This document shows, piece after piece, positions 20,001-30,902 of a DNA stretch of 64,000 bases. The stretch is from positions 32,001 through 96,000 of the forward strand of contig CAWCFT010000003.1 of assembly GCA_963794945.1 (NCBI GenBank), written 5' to 3'. The translations under genes and the position numbers were made by a program. The stretch is from Endomicrobiales bacterium (GTDB lineage Bacteria; Elusimicrobiota; Endomicrobiia; Endomicrobiales; CAWCFT01). The notes beneath the pieces are model-generated. The model worked only from the letters and a program-made list of their open reading frames with translations. It made no database searches and was not told the origin of the DNA. The first letter of the stretch is position 1. Each line of letters opens with the position of its first letter.

Positions 20001-22653
20001 AAAAATGAAAAAAGCGCTGAGATTAAATCAAAAGAAGAAACAATGGTGTCGCTTGTAAAATCACTGCAGGAGAACAAGGTCATTTATGATAGAGAGCTCG
20101 AGGCGCTCAAATCCAGTCTTGCCGCGGAACTGGAGCCGGTATCAAAGCGCAGGCAGGAGTTAAAAACGGATTTTGAACGGGCCAGAAAAGAGGCTGAAGA
20201 GAAGCTTGTCGCGGCCGCTAAAAGAATAGAATCTCTTAAAGCCGAGCAGGTAGCTTTGACCGCGGAATTTGAACGAAGACACGCTGAGTCTTCCGCGAAG
20301 ATGTCCTCCGCTAAAGCTGATTTTGACGGCCAGGTCAAAACACTGCTCGAACAGAAAGCTGGATATGAAAAAGAGGCAGCGGAAACTATAGCCGCCAAGG
20401 AATCTGAGATAAGCGCGCTAGAAAGCGAGGCCAACCAAAAGAAACTCGCTTTCGAAAAGCAAAAAGGGGGTTTGCAGTCACAGGGGCACTCGCTGATAGA
20501 AAAGGTTAAAGAAGAGATCTCGTCACTGGAAAAGGAAATGTCGCGGCTGGAAAAAGAATACCCGCAGGTCCTGCTGGAGCGTGAGAAAGAAATATCGCTG
20601 CTGACCTCCAGAATAGAGCAAAGATCTATAGAGAACAAGGACAAGTTGGACCTCGCAGAAAAAAGTACTGAAAATTATCAAAAGCGAGCTGAACGCCGTA
20701 TCACACAGCTTAAGGGGCAAATAAAGGAAGCGCAGGAGCACCACAAAAAAGAACTGGAATCGATCGAGGCCAGGCTCTCCAATATTCACTCGGATATAGC
20801 AAAGAAGGAGAATTCATACCAGGAAGAATTCTTAAGAGAAGGAAAAATATTTGCCGAGCAAAAATACGTTCTCGAGAAACAGAAAGCAGAATTTGGCGAA
20901 AAACTCAGGGACCTGCAGTTGTATTCAAGGGAGCAGTTGAGGCAAAAAGAGAAAGAAATACTTATCCTCCAGAGTGATCTGGCTGAAAAAGAAAAAGCCT
21001 GGGAAGAAAGTTGGAAGCAAAAGGAGCAGGAGCTGGCGATAGAAAAAAATTCGCTTTTGCAAGAGCTCGAGAGTCTTGACGCAAAGCTGAAAGACGAAGA
21101 GGAAACGGTCAAAAAAAGAATAAATGAAAAAGAACGTGAAATACAGTCTCTGGAAAATACATACTATACAAAACTTGAAAACATGTCGGCCGAGATGTCT
21201 TCAAAAAAGAAAGTGTGGGAAGACACTAATTTAGGCCTTAAGAACCAGGCTGAACAGCTAAAAAATAGCCTGGCCTCGCTAGAAAACAGTTGGGAAGAAA
21301 CAAAGGCACAAAAAGAGAAAGAGTTGTCCGTTCTTAAATCCAATCTTGAATTTTGGGAATTACGTTCAAAGAACGAAGAAGAAAAAAGACTGGCCGCGTG
21401 GGAAGAAGAAAGATCCGGCCTTGAGAGCAAAGTTAAAGACGCAGAAAATAAGCTGGCCGCGCTGAAAAAAGAATATTCTGCGAAGAACGAGGAGAAGGAA
21501 GCCGCGTTAAATGCCTTAAGGGTCCAGGGTGAAGAGAACGAAAAGGAAAAACTGAATGAACTAAAAAAGATTGAGACAGACTATACAGCGGCACAGAACT
21601 CACTTGCGCTGGAGATATCAGCCTGGGAAAAGAAACTCAAAGAAGAAACTCTCAGGACGGAGAAGGAAAAGAAAGAGATAGAGCGTGAGCTTGAAAAGCT
21701 GAAACTTGAAAGCGCCCTAAAAGAGAACGCAGCAATGTTCTGAGCAGCAAAAGAACGAAAGGAAATGGCGTAAACTCCAGAGAGACCTTGAAGAACAGCT
21801 GATAGACTATGAACGCCAATTTGCCGACGAAAAAGAGAGCTTAAAGAGTAAGCTTAACATGAAGGCAGAAGAGATCAGTACGCTTAAAGTAAGAATGTCG
21901 CTTAGAGAAGAAAGACGCCAGTCAGAGATAAAGCACCGCCAGGAAGAGACACAAAAGATAATATCCGGCCTGGAATCAGAGCTCAAAGTGCTAGAAGATA
22001 AATACGGTAATAATATGGGCGCCTTAAATACAAGCCTGGGAAAATCAAGAAAAGAACTTGAAATGTTGAAGCAAGAAGCTATGGAAAAAGAAGAGAAGTG
22101 GGAAAAAGAAAACGAAAGCAGGGAAAATGCCGCGTCGAGCGCATATGCTTTGATAAATAAAGATCTTGAGGATGTGGAAAACGAATTGAGAAAGGAGAGC
22201 GAAAGGCTTGAGAGGATGCTGGATATAAAGCAGAAACAAATCGCCAATTTGACAGCACAGATGCAGTCTAAAGAAGCCGGCCTTATAACTGAAAGGGATT
22301 ATTCTCAGATAATACTGCAGGGGTTGCAGAAAAAAGCCGGCGATCTTCAGGGAGTACTGAACAAGCTCCAAAGGAATGGCAAAGAAAACGAAAAAGAAGG
22401 TCTTGGGCGCGTTTTCGAAGAAGCTATCGAGCATTATAACAGTGGTAATTACGAGAAAGCGAAAGAAAAACTGGGGCAAATATTGAAATCAAATCCGGAG
22501 TTCGCCGGGGCTTATCAATATCTTGCGCTATGCAGCTGGAACCTGGGAGAAAAAGAAGAGTCTTTGAAACTTGCCAGGAAAGCGTTCGAGCTTGAACCCC
22601 ACAATGAAGAATTGAAACTCTGGATAGAATATATAGAAAAAGAAAGTAAATAA
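17082..22653 (+). CDS. Giant coiled-coil protein with C-terminal TPR; frameshift at about 21738 (about 1856 aa repaired)
   Basis: E/K/Q/L-rich helix with 61-aa periodicity. Removing one T at GTTCTG 21737-42 reads through in frame into ORF 21859-22653, which ends in a TPR (AYQYLALCSWNLG...AFELEP). Confidence 0.85.
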
Positions 22654-22678
22654 AAACAAATCACTCAGGAGGACTAAA

Positions 22679-25600
22679 ATGGCTGACGACAAAAAACCAA
22701 AAATTCCGCCTCTTCCGCCGCAGAGGCCGCCAATGCCGAAACCGGCGGGTGGAGCGACTATACCTAAAGCGGGCCTGCCACCCCAGGCGCCAAGGCCGCA
22801 AGGGGTGCCGGTTAAACCTGTGATGCCTGCGATGAAACCTCCGGTAGCCGAACAAGCTCCTGCGAAGTACGCGCAGGGAAATCTTTCTCCAGCATCTAGT
22901 GAAGTCGACGAGATAAGAAAACAAATGGAATCTCAGATCATGGGCCTGCAGTATCAGCTGCAAGAAGAAAAAGAAAAACTCCTTCTTCAGACAGTCCGCG
23001 CGAAAGAAGAAGAAGCTATGGCGGCGAAAGTCGAAGAATCTCTTAAAGATATACAAGACAGGTTGCGCCGCGAGAAACGCGAGCAGGAACTGCAGGACTC
23101 CTTAGCGAAGTCCGAGCTCCAGGTAAAGGAACTCGAGCAAAGGGTCAGTGCGGAACGCCAAACGTGGGTTGAAACTTTGAAATCGCAGGTCGGTCAGAGG
23201 GAGAGCCAGGATAAGGAGCTCGAGCGCGATTTTGAGTTGAAGCTTAAGGAACTTGAGCGGCGCTGGCACGAAGAGAAGCTTGGCTGGTCTCAGGCTCTAA
23301 GGGGTAAAGACGAAGAGGTGGCTAGGCTCAAAAGGGAAGCTGAAGCGGCCATTACCGCTGAAAAAGGCAATTCCGAAAAACGCATCTCACAGCTGGAAAC
23401 AGAAAGGGACGCTTTCAGAAGGGAGATCAAGGAGATCGTTGACGTACGTGACCAGGAACGCGCGATGACCGCCTCAAAACTCGAAGCTCGCGACAAAGAG
23501 TTCCTATCGCTCAAGGCTCAGCAGGCGATGGTAGTTACCCAGTTGCGCCAGGGAAAAGAAAAAGAGGACCAACTTAGGGCGCTTCTGGAAAGAATGCGCG
23601 CCGAGAAAAACGGCCTCATCACCCAGCTGGACGCGAAAGACAAAGAATACTTTATGCTAAAAACGCAGTTCGCTCTCTATCAGAACACGGGCAAAAACTG
23701 AGCAGGAAAAGCTGATGAAAGAGATGCTGCTCTATAAAGAACAAATGCAGAAAGACCGGGATAACTGGGAAGTGAATATAAAAACTAAAGAGAACGAGCT
23801 GAGGATAATTTCCGATAACGCTAAGGATCGCGAGAACTCTTTAAAACAGTTGCTTGAGAAAAAAGAGATTGAACATACGTCATTTGTCAGGGAATACGAG
23901 GACAAGCTGAGGGCTCAGGAAGCTGCGTTCAGTCAGGTTGTCGAGAAGAAAGAAAGCGAAGCGTCTGCAGCGGTCAGGAAGGCTGAAGAGAAGATCATTG
24001 CCCGGGAGATCGAGTTTAAACAAGCGCTTGAAAAAAAGGACCTCGAGAAGGTTTTGCAAATAAGAGAGATGGAAGAGAAGATGCGTTCCCAGGAAGCTGT
24101 TTTCAGGCAGGCCGCTGAAAAGAAAGAAATTGAATTATCGGCTTTTGCCAGAACAGGCTGAGGAAAAACTTAAAGCCAGAGAGATTGAGCTGAGGCACTT
24201 GATAGAACAGAAGGATGCTGATATAAAAGAAGCGGTTAAAGACAATGTGGTAAAGATAACGGCCCTCGAGCAAGCTCACGGTCAGCAGATCGCTCAGAAA
24301 GACCATGAATTCAGAAATCAGCAATTGCAGTGGATCGAACGTATTCAGGTGAAAGAAAAAGAGATCAACGCGGCCGCAGAAAAGGAGAACACGTTAAAGG
24401 TGAGGATCGCACAGGTAGAACAAGTTGTACACCAGCTGGAAGAAAAACTTAAAAATGAGACCGAGTCACTTATCGCTGAGCGGGCCCACAATGAACAGAA
24501 CGAGAGGGAGTTCAATGCCGCCATCGTGCGAAAAGAAAATGAGTTCAAAGAAGCAGTTTCGAAGCAGGAAGAAAAATTACGCGCCATTGGAAAAGAGCTC
24601 GCCGAGTCTCTTGCCCACTCGCAGATACTTAACCTCGAAATAGCCAAAAGAGAGCAGCAACTCATTCAATTCAAGTCTGATATAGAACGGAGCGCACAGT
24701 CGGCTGCCTTGCTAGCAAAAGAGAACGAGAGCAAATCAATAGAGCTAACAGAAGCCTTGTCTCGCGCTCAAGGCCTAAGCCTTGAAGTGGCGATGAAAGG
24801 TCAGCAGCTGATTCAGTTCAAAACGGAGCTCGATAGGAGCGAAAAAACAATTGAGGCGCTCAAGAGCGAAAACGAAATAAAAATAAAGGAATTAGCCGAT
24901 GCCGCGGCGCGTGCTCAGGGCCTCGGCCTAGAACTCGCCAAGAAAGAGCATGAGCTCGTTCAGGCAAAGATCGATATAGATAGGGCTTCACAGGCGTTCC
25001 TCGTCATGGAGAAGGAAAAAGAAGGCAGGATGAAAGAGGTGTCCGAGCTTATCGAAAAGAGCAGAGAACTCAGCTCTCGCCTTATTGAACAAGAACGTAA
25101 CAGTAGAGAGCTCTCAGAGCGCATAAGAGATAAGTCGGAAGAGGCCGCGCGTGTGACAGAAATTTTAGCGCGGACGGAGAATGAGCTTAAGGTGGCACGC
25201 TCGGGCTTCCTAACAGAACTTTCAAAAAAAGAGAATGAAATAATCTCTTTCAGGGAGAAAGACAGCGACTCAAGGGTCAAGATATCATCCTTTGAGCAAA
25301 GGATTAGAGAACTTGAGGAAAAACTTGAAAATGGGGAACAGGCCATTAAGGGAAAAGATGATATGCTGCGCGATAAGGAGACAGAACTTCTTATACAGCA
25401 GGAAAAGACGGAGCAGGCAAAAAAGGAGCTCAATGATAGACTTTTAAAAGAGCAGGAAAAATTCACACTCGCGGTCGATCAACTTAAAAAAGAGTCGGGT
25501 GATAAGTTATTACAGGAAGAATCTAAATTGAAGGCGCAAACGGATCTCTTAAAAGAAGAGGCCAGGAATGCCGTAAATTTGAAAGAGCTTGAAATAAGGG

Positions 25601-26676
25601 ACCTGAGGAATGAAAAAGAGAATCTGAAGACAGAAGCCGCGAAGATGTCGATGGAGATAGTTTCCAAGGAAAAGGATATATATGAATTAAAGAACAGCCT
25701 GCTCTCCAAGGAAAGAGAAATAACCCATGAAGTGGAGCGCAGGGAGTCTGTGTTTGCTGGCGAAAGGAACGCGATGTCGGAAAAAATACGGATGCTTGAA
25801 GATGCCCTGAGAGAGGCTCAGAACAATTCAGGGGAAGGGGCTAAGCGCCTGGAACAAGAACTCAAGGAAAAAGTAGAGGAGTTTACCGCAGAAAAGAGAA
25901 ATAAAGACGAAGCGATAACCGCCCTAAAAGCGGAGAATAATGCCTGGCGCCTGGAAAAGGAAAAGCTGCTCGAGCTTAAGGCCCAGTCTGAAGACATGAA
26001 CCAGGCGGAGCTTATGAGCGTGCAGAGGAAACTCTGGGAAAACAAAGAGAAGTCCAACGAGCAGCTCAAGGAAATGGAGCGGGAGATCACCGCACTCAGA
26101 GATGCTCAGAAAGACGTCGAAGAAAAGGTAAGAACGGAGCTACTGAATAAATACAGCGCGAAGATAATGGAGCTGGAAAAAGAGAATGAGACGCTGTCAA
26201 AAGATGTTTCTACAGAGGTGCGTACGCTCAGGAGCTCGCTGCAGGAGGAACTTAAGAAAAAAGAGGAGCAGCTAAGCACCGAACGCTCTAGCTGGGAAAT
26301 GAAGCTTAAGGAGAAAGAAGACATTATCGCCGACATGGCGAAAAAAATGGAGAGTGCCGGTGAGAAACAAAAGGAAAAGGACGTTATGTCCACCGTGCAG
26401 GCGATAAAGAACGCCGTAGAGACAAGAACTGTGGGCTCTGACGCTTCTATAAACGACAAAACGTTGGTCATAGAAAGGGCTAAAGACCTATTTGATAAAA
26501 CCGCGGTAATAGAGCCTCGTTCGAAAAGCGATGACACTATCCCGGCTGTTAAGGGCATAGACCTGCCGTCTAGCGATAAAAGGTCGCTTTCCGGTCTGAT
26601 CTGCGGTATATGGAAGAGCATCAACGAGCCCGTCATAGAAATTAACGTTAAAAAAAATGAAGATAGAAAAGGATAA
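22679..26676 (+). CDS. Giant coiled-coil protein with Pro-rich N-terminus; frameshifts at about 23684 and 24152 (about 1331 aa repaired)
   Basis: GGAGG RBS. Three ORFs join by removing one A at each of CAGAAC 23681-86 and 24149-54. Internal 29-aa and 49-aa repeats. Confidence 0.83.
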
Positions 26677-27190
26677 TTTAGCTATGGGAACAAAAACGGA
26701 ATTTGAATGGGAAAAATATGAGAAGCGATTTGCTGAGCTGGAAAATCGTATTTCCTGCCCTTCGCGCCTAAAACCATCGGCCTCTAATAATAAATCAAAT
26801 GATATAACGGACTGTTTTGGGAAACACGATAGCCAAAAACACGAAGAAACAGTTGTTTTGCCTGCTGTGCGGGACAGCTCCTCTTATATGCTCGCAGAAG
26901 AGGTCAGATTTTTGAAGGCGGAGATAGCGCAGCTAGCGCAGATTAAAGAAGAGTCACTAAAACTCAAATATGACATAGCAAACATAGCAAGCCTTAAAGA
27001 TTCCGAAATAGCCAGACTTTTCGCAAGGAATAGACTGCTTGAAGAAGAAAATAACGGGCTTAAACTGAAGATCAGTAGATACAATTTTGACACTGCGGAA
27101 AGCTTCCGTGAAAGAGAACACAGGCACCATAAGAAAGAAGGACTGCTTGGATGGCTGAAGAAGCCTATGTTAGTTATTGAACCGGAATAG
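26657..27190 (+). CDS. Small coiled-coil hypothetical protein
   Basis: Operon-like overlap with the upstream gene; heptad segment LAEEVRFLKAEIAQL...; ends GLLGWLKKPMLVIEPE. Confidence 0.7.
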   Translation: MKIEKDNLAMGTKTEFEWEKYEKRFAELENRISCPSRLKPSASNNKSNDITDCFGKHDSQKHEETVVLPAVRDSSSYMLAEEVRFLKAEIAQLAQIKEESLKLKYDIANIASLKDSEIARLFARNRLLEEENNGLKLKISRYNFDTAESFREREHRHHKKEGLLGWLKKPMLVIEPE

Positions 27191-27194
27191 GATC

Positions 27195-28315
27195 ATGGGG
27201 CATATAAAGATATACATTTCGTTTTCGTTGCTCTGCGCGGTGACTTTGTTCTGCGTGCGCGAGCAACATGTCGCGCTCAAAAAAGATGCGTCCAATCCCG
27301 ACCAGCCTGCCGGGAATGGGCAATATTAAACCCGCAAAAACAGCACCTATATCTGCAACGCCGGCCGAGCAGAAAGGGGCGCCAGAAAAGGAAAAGCCAC
27401 AAGAGGTGAAAACTCCTGAGGCCGCCGAACCGGCAGTTAAGGAAGAAGAAACAGAACACCTTAGGAAGCACAATGCCGGGCGCAGGTGTTGAAAAATCAA
27501 CAAAAAGTGAAATAGCTCCGGAACCGGCGATAAAAATCAACGCAAGCGCAAAAGAAGAGCAGAAGGCGCCAAGCTTAAATTTGCTGCCGCTCAAAATTAT
27601 TTTTAGTAATTCTGGGAACGCAAAGTCACTGGATGACAATGAATCTCACCCGAGCGTAACCGTCAAGCAGCCTGTGCCTGAAGTCAAGCAGGAACAGACT
27701 AAGCCGCCAGAACCTGTTATAAAAGAAGAACAAAAGCCTGTACCAGCGCCCATTGAAGAAAAACCGCAGGAAACAGAAGAAACAATAAATACTCCGCCTC
27801 CTGTTCCAGTGCCAGAGCAAAAGCCGTTAGTTCAAGAAGAAGAGAAACAGGCGCCGGCCGCTCCGGTAAAAGAAACACAGGAAAATGTGGCCCAGCCTGA
27901 GCCGGTAAATAGCGCCGAGCCCGAAGTTAAAGAAAAAGAGGAACAGAAAAGCGTTATTGAGAAGAAGGCGGAGCCTGTCGAAGTGGAGCCGGCCCCCACG
28001 GCACCGGCAAAGGTGCCCGCACCGGTTCCTGCACTCATCCCGGCTCCCGTGAAGAGTGCGGCCAGCGTTGCAGGCGTTAAAATTGACAAACAGGCAAAGA
28101 AAAAATTATTTCTAGAGCATAAAAAGTCGCAACAGGCAAAAGCCGAAAACCAGCGCCAGGCCAGGATGCATACGGTTGTCGTTGGGGACAACCTGCAGTC
28201 GCTGGCCGAAAAATATTATGGTGATAAATCCATGTGGGTAAAATTATACGACGCAAATAAAGATAAGTTAGAGAAAGGCACGCTGGAAGCAGGCCAAACA
28301 ATTTTGATCCCATAA
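27195..28315 (+). CDS. Lipoprotein with long Pro/Glu/Ala-rich linker and C-terminal LysM; frameshifts at about 27250 and 27455 (about 372 aa repaired)
   Basis: Removing one T at GTTCTG 27248-53 creates the lipobox L-S-A-C. Removing one A at CAGAAC 27452-57 joins to the LysM HTVVVGDNLQSLAEKYYGD...W..LYDAN...GQTILIP. Confidence 0.83.
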
Positions 28316-28365
28316 ATTTCAGAACCGTTTTACATATGGGCCCATTAAACCGGGCGGAGGCTATA

Positions 28366-30424
28366 ATGGACGAATTTAAAGACATCGATACCGAACTCAT
28401 GAGGCTCAAGGAAGAGCTCAACTCAAAACATGAAGATTTCAGTCACGTGAAATTCCCATCGTCCGGTGATTACTGGCGTTCGCGCCTTGATGAAGAAAGG
28501 GTGCTCTGGGATAAAAAAGTTGTGCTTGGCAGCGAAGAGAGAAAGGCGCTCGAGAAGAAGCTAAACGAGCAGGAAGAGCTCCTTTCGCGCTACAACCAGA
28601 GCGTCAGGGAAATGGAAAGAAAGATAGAGAACGATACAAAACTCTGGGAGGACCGCCTAAGGATCAAAGAAGCCGACATAATGATCGAAAAAAGCCGGCT
28701 ACAAAGCGAAGCCAGGGTCAAAGAGATCGAGCTCGAAAGGCAGAGCCTCATGAAACACGTAACCGAGCTCTCTCTTAAAATATCAGAACTGCGCGACGAC
28801 CAGGCAGCAGAGATAGAAATACTGAACATGCATGCGAAGCAAGACGCCGACCTTTATGAACAAAAACTCAAGGTTGCTGCGGCCGAATCCGACGCGCTGA
28901 AGAACAGGATGTCCGATGCGGAGAGCGTACTGAAAGCCCGTATATCGGAACTTGAAAAGCTTAAAGAAGAGTACAGGGTAAGGCTTGAGGCAGCGGAAAA
29001 GAAGGCCGAAGAGGAAGCACGAGCAAGGTTCGCAAGCGATGAAGCGGCGTCAAAAACAAGAGCTAAGTCGGAAGAAGACAAGATCCAGATAAGAAAATCA
29101 TTTGAAACCACAACTATTAAATTCGCCGGTATCATCAATAAAGATGTGGGTGCCCTGGCCGGCCTTTCCGGCATTGCCGCCGATCACGAGCTAAAAAAAG
29201 AGACACTACTTATCATTAAAGGTTTGACCGGAAAACTGCAGTCGGAGTTGGGCGGGTTCGAGAAAGAACTTAACTTAAAATTCGATGTGGACGACAATTT
29301 CAAAGCCGCTATCATCATGAGTGAAGATGAAGCCGCCTACTGGGAAGCGGCCCTCTCCGGCACGCGCGTGACGATGGAAAAACTCGGCGTAAAATCGAAT
29401 GTCAAAAAGTCGATTCCCGCTTTGAAACCGTGCGTTTGTGTCGTTTCGTTAAAAAAAATCAAGGCGGCGAGAACGATCAAAGCCAGGTGGCCATTCGTCC
29501 CGGTTATAATATATGGAGAACTCCCCGAGAAACGCAAGGCAAAACTTGAAAAGGGCGGTTTCATAACGGTATCTTCATACGGAACAGCGGACGATATGTA
29601 CCAGTCGCTTTGCGACGCTGCAAAGAACAGCGCTGCCCAGCCGGACTACTGGGGCAAAGTAAAAATTAAAAGCAGGTGGGTCCTGCCTACTATGTACGCG
29701 GCCGCGACTATGTTGCTTGCCGGCCGGCTTCATTTACATGAACAACCCTGCCCTGCTCGAAAGGTTCGGCAGGGTGGCATCCTACAGCGTGCCTTACAGC
29801 CAGCCTTCCAATATAACATTTGACGGCGCATACCTCTGGGGCTGCGATTGGTACGGCCAGAGCATATACAAACATGACACAACCCAGGGGCTGAAGCTCC
29901 TTAGGATATTCTGTTTTCCCGGCAAGCATTTTACGGCTATAACCTGGGCCGGCGGCTACCTCTGGAGCGCGGACGCTTGGGAAAATAAGATATACAAACA
30001 CAACACGGACGATAACTTCACCGTGCTTGAGACCTTCTCTACGCCCGGCACCGCAATAAGCGGCCTCGCTTTCGACGGGAAAAACCTATGGTCGTGCGAT
30101 TCCTCGGCTGGCATGATATACCGCCACACAATCGACGCCAACCTTACCGTTGAGGACGCTTTCGAGAGCCCCGGCGCGAGCCCGTCAGGGTTGTTCTTCG
30201 ATGGGAAAAATCTCTGGAGCGTCGATTCAAAGATAAACAGGATATTCCGCCACAAGATGGATGCTACCCTCAGCGTTGAGAAGTCGTTCATCCCGCCGCT
30301 TTACGACCAGAAGAATTACAACCTCAGCGGTATCGCCATAAAGAACAACAAGTTCTACGTGTGTTCAGAAAAGCTTGGAAAAGTATTTAGTTTTCCCGCG
30401 GAGAAAATGGAAGAGGTAAAGTGA
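28366..30424 (+). CDS. Coiled coil - degenerate receiver-like domain - TM - beta-propeller; frameshift at about 29722 (about 685 aa repaired)
   Basis: GGAGG RBS before ATG 28366. A hydrophobic segment (WVLPTMYAAATMLLA.AGFIYM) spans the break. Propeller repeats (SGLAFDGKNLWSCD, SGLFFDGKNLWSVD) resemble those of 11166-12386. Confidence 0.75.
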
Positions 30425-30468
30425 GCGCCTGCGGCGAGGCGTTTAAACCATAAATATTCAAATATAAT

Positions 30469-30504
30469 AAAAAAGCCCCGAGTCTCAAGACCGCGGGCTT
30501 TTTT
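30469..30504. terminator. Bidirectional intrinsic terminator between convergent operons
   Basis: AAAAAAGCCC...GGGCTTTTTT. Confidence 0.8.
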
Positions 30505-30528
30505 ATTTATAGTCAGTTAAGGAATATG

Positions 30529-30896
30529 CTATTTCGCTTTACGGCCCGCCTTCGCCAGAATTACTTTCCTTGCGCCGAACCATATTTTTTCTAGCGCGAA
30601 AGTGTCCCTCGATTCCTTGTTCATTACATGCACCACAAGACCGCCATAGTCGATAACGGCCCAGTGCGGCGAGCCTATCCCGTCCCGGTGCGACGGCAGT
30701 ATATCGTGTTCGTCGCGGAATGTCCTGTAAATACCGTCCGCTATCGCCCTTATCTGCGGCGAGGATTCCCCGTGACAATCAGGAAGTAATCCGCGATAGT
30801 CGTCAGCCGCGCGACGTTAAGCAAAACGGGTTTCAGCGCTTTCTTTGAGTCCGCGATCTCGTAAGCTTTCCGTGCGAGTTTAAGGTACTTGCTCAT
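30529..30896 (-). CDS. rsfS: Ribosome silencing factor RsfS; frameshift in a G-run at about 30770; not in the ORF track
   Basis: Manual translation gives MSKYLKLARKAYEIADSKKALKPVLLNVARLTTIADYFLIVTG/ESSPQIRAIAD...WAVIDYGGLVVHVM...FALEKIW. Confidence 0.88.
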
Positions 30897-30902
30897 AGTT
30901 GT

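Noticed and set aside
17307..26636. Many Ser/Phe/Leu-rich minus-strand ORFs
   Set aside because: Antisense shadows of Glu/Lys-rich coding sequence.
17082..26676. SMC/SbcC or phage tape-measure identity for the coiled coils
   Set aside because: No Walker A/B, signature or hinge motif is visible, and there are no phage structural genes nearby.
572..27457. Programmed ribosomal frameshifting at CAGAAC
   Set aside because: The motif occurs in different codon phases and in both orientations relative to the gene, which does not fit a translational signal.
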